Positions 58,561 to 64,000 of a stretch of DNA of 64,000 nt are shown here, piece by piece (position 1 is the stretch's first letter; each line of letters starts with the position of its first letter). The notes under the pieces are model-generated. The model had not been told where the DNA came from and did no database searches. It saw nothing but the letters and a program-made list of their open reading frames with translations. Source of the DNA: Mustelus asterias (lineage: Eukaryota). The stretch spans positions 48,422,001 to 48,486,000 of the forward strand of contig NC_135811.1 in NCBI RefSeq assembly GCF_964213995.1, in the 5' to 3' direction. The translations under genes were made by a program, and so were the position numbers.

Positions 58561-60058
58561 TTTCCCGTCACCAAACACCCTTTATTGTTACCAAAGAGAA
58601 GGGCCGACCCTGCATCTTACAGCGAGACAGTCTACACCTCAGGATATACAATGGTGCTGTGGTGAAGCAGCAGGGTTGAGAAGCCCCCGCTACTCACTGG
58701 GCAAGTCTCTGCTCGCTCAATAAGGAAGCTCGTTGTCCACAAAGATCACTGCGAGGTCCACCCATAATCTCCCATTGACTCTGTGGCCACCGTAACACGA
58801 GGCACCCTCATTTCAATATCCTAATGATAGATCTGCCTCTCCAGGGCAGCTTTCTTTGATGATATCCACTGAAAGCAAGTCTGTTCACTATGGGAGGGGG
58901 AATGGGCTTCAAGTGACGATGTAACCCACCCCTCCCCATTTTTTTGCCTGCATGGGGAAGGTTAATATTGATCCCAATGGCTCGCCGTCACAATCTGATG
59001 CTGACTGGTTTTACCTACCTCGTTAAATCGCATTATCACCGATTCATTAACCGCAAGCAGTCTGCTGCCTGTTAATAGATTACACGTCTGTCGGAGTCAT
59101 TTTTCTGCGCGCATTGCCATAAATCTTGAAAGAATTGTCCAACAGAGCTAAAGCCAAATGCACTGTAAAATTCTGAGATAACTAATGTTTTTTTTCCCGG
59201 GAGACATGTAGCCTATTTCCTTCACAGCGAAAGATGGAATGACGCGAGCAAGGAAATAGGTTTCATTGATTATAAAACAAACTCTGCTTCGGATGGTTCT
59301 TTCAGCACCAAGAAAAATTGACAGCTCTTATTCTAAACCAGTGACTGATCTCTGTTCAGGGCTAAAGCCAATGGGGTTAGAATAACACAGCTGAGATTGC
59401 ATTCAAGAATGTGGATTAAAATGTCATTGTTCGCCCCGGTAAATAACTCGTTGGTTTGTGAAATGCGCAGAATTTTTGTTCAAAATGTAGCGAGTGATTT
59501 AATTATTAAATGCAGACATCAGCTTCATTAATTATTAAATATAGTCTGTAAATTAGGCACAGTTAATACATTGTACTTGGTGAGTAACTTGATAAGTCGT
59601 CGCAGTTTGACGGTAATTTAACAGTCAGTAATGCCAACACAAAATGGAGTGGAAAAGACTGCATGAGGTGCTGGTAGGTGGGGGGATCCAAGCTGCATCA
59701 CCAGTCACACAGTTTTCCTGTTAAAGGTCAGCGCTGAACATTACGTAGTACATTATAAAGCTTACAAAACATGAACAATAAACATATCCTATTATGAGAA
59801 AGCTAAGTTGGGTCCTCACCAGACTGTGAAGTCTCGTCTCACTGAGGAGACTGGGTAAATAGTTGAGCTGCCTTTTCCTGCGGGAGGACCTTTATCAGGG
59901 CCATTCGAAGGGGTTTCTGAGTTGTTTACCACAGCTAACAATGAAATTTGGATTCACATTCTTTAATTCAGTTTCAATTCTGAGGGCTATTGCAGAGTCT
60001 TTGTTGTGTCCTTTGAAGGAATCTTTGCAGTGGGGCTTTTAAAGAATTATTCCAATTG

Positions 60059-60391
60059 TAGAATCCTTACGGTGCAGAAGGAGGACGTTCAGCCCATCCA
60101 TTCTGCACAGACTCCCCGACAGAGCATCTTACCCACCCCTCTGCTCTATCCCCCCATAACCCCACATAATTAACCTTCTCATTCCCCAACCTACACATCT
60201 TGGGACACTAAGGGGCAATTTAGCATGGCCAATCCACCTAACCAGCACATTTTTGGACAATAGGAGGAAACCAAAGTACCCAGAGGAATCCCATGCAGAC
60301 ACAGGGAGAACGTGCAAACTTCAAACAGTCACCCGAGGCCAGAATTGAACCCGGGTCCCTGGCAGTGCTAATCTCTGTGCCACCGTGCTGC
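60059..60391 (-). mobile_element. HE1 V-SINE
   Basis: Diverged copy. Confidence 0.85.
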
Positions 60392-61371
60392 CAAACGGGT
60401 TATATGACCCTCTGAAACATTGCCCCTTAAAGGGGTTTGCTACTACAGTTAACTGCATTGTTAATTCCTCTCTTCACTCTTTGGAAAAATGCTCTCTGTA
60501 ATGATCATCTTCATCAAAGATGGCCATTGCCTCTGGGTTGCTTCAAGTCTGTCTGAGGCTCATGCCCCATTCCCAAGATTGCCTGCACCCATCCGAGACC
60601 CAGATCTTGCAGGCTGAGCCTGGGAGTTACATGGGAACGTCCAGCGGGTTCAGGCATATAAACCATATTAACACGAAACAGCAACAATGTGATGTGAATG
60701 CAGGGTATTGATTGGAAAGCAATGTTAACACTAACTGTGTTGGGTGGTATGATGTTAAGCGAGATGTCCCTGGGTCCCTCTCTGGTCCCAATACTTTGTA
60801 GGTTTCTCCTCTCATGGGAGTTGTCTCTGAAGCACTATCAGGGTACGGGGCCTAAGTTGGACTTGGTAGGCTTGATCATGGGTAAAGGCATTGGCAGAAT
60901 CATTAACTAGATGAAGTTTGGAACACACAACAATGTATGACAATCTGACTGAAATCTAGATTCACTTGTATTAACATTAATGTTGAATTTTGTTCTGCCA
61001 TTAGTGTGGCTTCACCTTAATTATGAACAATTGACTTCAACGTGCGAACCTGTATTTTAAACCAATTGTAGACAAAATGATCTAACCCACAGTGTTTTGT
61101 GCTCGACAAGTATGTGAAAAGCATAAATAATGGAGCCAGAGTCAACATTTCTTGAACATGTTGAAAATGTTCGACGTTTCCAGGCAGCAAATAGAGTTTA
61201 CTTTATAAAGGAATTTGTGTAGCCCCCAAAAAGAAACTTCAGATCATCACCCCACTCAAAATCTTGCTCAAGATTCAACATAATTATTAGTCATCCAAAA
61301 TATCTGGAATGTTATTGAAAACCTTCTGCAACTTTATATAGTAGATGCAGCCATGACAAGTCTCTGCCCGG

Positions 61372-61684
61372 AGGCAGCACGGTGGTTAGCACTGCTGCCT
61401 CACAGCGCCAGGGACCGGGGTTCGAATCCAGCCTTGGGTGACTGTCCATATGGAGTCTGCACGTTCTCCCCGTGTCTGCGTGGGTTTCCTGCAGGTGCTC
61501 CGGTTTTCTCCTACAGTCCAAAGATGTGCTGGTTAGGTTGATCGGCCATGCTAAATTGTCCCTTAGTGTCAGGGGGATTAGCAGGGTAAATATGTAGGGT
61601 TACAGGGATAGGGTCGGGTGGGATTGTTGTTGGTGCATGCTTGATGGGCTGAATGGCCTCCTTCTGTACTGTAGGAATTCTATG
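61372..61684 (+). mobile_element. HE1 V-SINE
   Basis: Full-length copy. Confidence 0.9.
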
Positions 61685-62299
61685 AAGGTGCTCTTTGATT
61701 TAACATCAGCTGTCCATCTTATAAGCAGATCTTGCAACCCCTACAATCCCAAGTGCAACATTTTTGCCCCAGTACTTACTTCACAAGAAGGATTAATATG
61801 TACATATACAACTACTTCAATCTGACACGTGCTGCCATTTGTGTTCCCTCTGTCTTTAGGGACAGTAGAATGAAAAGCATGCTGGTGATTTGAGGTATAT
61901 TGTAAACAGGATTATCTGGCATTAAATACATGACTGAACAGGACACAGTTTTCACAATGAGGCTAACTGATTTCTTCCAACATCCTTGTGGTGATTGTCT
62001 CTTCAAGGGCAACACAGCAGAGTAAGGATCACATAGCTTGCGTGACCAATCGGGACTCAGAGTGTGGAATCACGCCATGGTGAGAGAGGCTCCTAGGCAG
62101 GCATTTTGGGAGCTAGATACAGCCCATGCAAGTTACTGTACAATTCTTATTAATAAATACCTTTTGTGAATGAAGTCTTTGGAAGTGCACCTTTCCAACC
62201 CTGTACCATTAAAATGAATGTAGCACTGCCTCAGTGAACTCACTTCTGAGCTGGTTAATCTCAAAGCTAACTGTTCGGATCTTCTTCTTTTGCATTCAG

Positions 62300-62335
62300 A
62301 GCAAGAGAGAAAGCAAGACCCTTACCTCAAGGAAG
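62300..62335 (+). other. Candidate 36-nt micro-exon
   Basis: Branch gctaac (62266-62271), pyrimidine tract + cag, donor AAG|gtaaag; open in all three frames. Confidence 0.25.
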
Positions 62336-62899
62336 GTAAAGTTATCACCTCGAAAGAAATGCGGTACTTTTTGATATGGAAGCTGATATGAATTTACTGT
62401 GTAATTCAGCCAATTGTCCTGCAGCGTGTACCAATTAAAAACAGTTCTAGTATGACGAAATTAATTCTCAGCACAAAATGCTGAGAATTAATCCTAACCT
62501 GCATTATTGTCATGAGATTAATTTTACATGAAAAAGGAAGGCTGATTTCCTCTGGGAACTATTCTATCATCAGTGGGCCAACTGTTTTGTAATCCGATAA
62601 CTCATTGCTTCACAAGTAATATTTTAAATTGCTTGTGGCCGGTTTTATGATTAGCTTTATAGGTTAAGTCAAAAAGTATTAAATTTAAAGAGGATTATTA
62701 TAAAGGAACAAAGTTTTGATAAAACTCAAAAATGTGAGAGTTGCCATGCATTAAATTAGGTAATCAATTAAATAGTTTAAGAATGTTAGTTGGGAAATTA
62801 TTGCCAACTGTTCTGAATGGTGGTTGTGTTGATGAGATGGGCCCATACTGTACAGCAGTACAGCACAGGAAACAGGCCCTTCGGCCCTCCAAACCCATT

Positions 62900-63718
62900 G
62901 GGGTTTAGAAGAATTGGAGGTGTTCTTATTGAAATGTATAAGATTTTGAGGGGACTTGATAGGGTGGATACTGGGAAGATGTTTTTCCTTGTGAGAGAGA
63001 CTAGGGGCGTAATTTTCCCGTCCCACCTGCCATGGGAACCATAGCGGGCGGGACACGGACCATGCAAAGGTTCCTGCTCCTATTCCCATTAAACTGATAC
63101 TATATAATTCGCGTTGCCTTTATTCTTCCCACTAAAACATGCCACTTCACACTTGGGTCCCGAACCTCACTTCTCTGTCCTCTGAAGTCTGCTACTGTCC
63201 TCATTTTCTGCAGATGTTTTGAGAGAACCACCAGAGGAAAGTTAAGAAAAAATGTTGCATTAAGTGTATTTTGCATAGTACTGGCAGAAAAGCAGAACTG
63301 AGCACAAATGACTTGTAAATTTTATTTACAAAACTGGAGCATCACAAAAGTTTGCTTCTCGGCGGGATCTCGGCGTGATTTTTCGACCTTGGGGAGGCCG
63401 TGGCTGGAAAATCCCACCCTAGGAATTTGGGGACATTATTTAAGAATAAGAGATCTACCGTGTAAGATGGAGATGAGGGAAATATTTTCCTCCAAGCGTT
63501 AGTATGTGGAATTCTCTCCTGCAGAAAGCAATGGAGGCTGGGACATTGAATTTATTCAGGCAGAGTTAGACAGATTGTTGATAGTCAGGGGGAGTGAGGG
63601 GTTATGAGGGACAGACAGGAAAGTTGAGCTGAGACAAGCAGATCAACCATGATTTTAGCGAATGGCAGAGCAGGCTCGAAGGGCTGAATGGCCTATTCTG
63701 CTTCCTATGTTCCTATGT
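62900..63718 (+). mobile_element. CR1 3' fragment split by a TIR element
   Basis: FRRIGGVLIEMYKILRGLDRVD...; CR1 resumes at 63420. Confidence 0.8.
63005..63419. mobile_element. Harbinger-like MITE with ~285 bp of extra interior
   Basis: TIR gggcgtaattttcc / ggaaaatcccaccc; 3-bp TSD TAG (63002-63004 / 63420-63422). Confidence 0.7.
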
Positions 63719-64000
63719 TTTTTTTCTATGGACAGAGGGGCTGGCTGGGAGAAAACGGTGAATTATAATCAGGCTGTAAGGGTGACCTGACCTATACAGA
63801 TGAGGCCATAAGAGTTGTATGCATGCATAGACGCTGGAATAAGGGGTACTGGGGTGGGGTACAAAGAACTTGCATATCCATTCCACATGGGAAGAGATCC
63901 TGAAGGAAATCCCAGGAACATTTCTCAACTCTGGAAACGGAGCAACTTGAGGCTCCAGAGGGTGCCTTGGGAAGTCTGTGAAAGGCTAATTTATTGGAGA

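Overview
This is vertebrate, almost certainly shark (elasmobranch) genomic DNA: AT-rich, packed with HE1-type V-SINEs, Deu-domain SINE relics and CR1 fragments. It looks intronic or intergenic, and I could not identify a host gene (one weak micro-exon candidate). Main contents: (1) two young, full-length, compact (~4.7 kb) Gypsy LTR retrotransposons of one lineage, both on the minus strand (A 23775-28489; B 38574-43291), with A nested in an older fragmented Gypsy; (2) four insertions of one Penelope-like family, three of them carrying minimal hammerhead ribozyme motifs, including a 393-bp-arm palindrome; (3) a second, decayed hammerhead-bearing short repeat; (4) CR1, Rex1 and RTE LINE fragments, solo LTRs, hAT/Harbinger-like non-autonomous DNA elements and minisatellites. 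The most interesting signal is shared by A and B. Neither has a tRNA primer-binding site. Instead, the PBS position is complementary to each element's own LTR segment ending in the AATAAA poly(A) signal, and the pairing is kept although the sequence differs between the two. Both also encode YLDN instead of YxDD at the RT active site, using different Asn codons. This suggests a self-priming, poly(A)-occluding Gypsy lineage with a non-canonical RT. All counts and alignments were done by eye; no searches were run.
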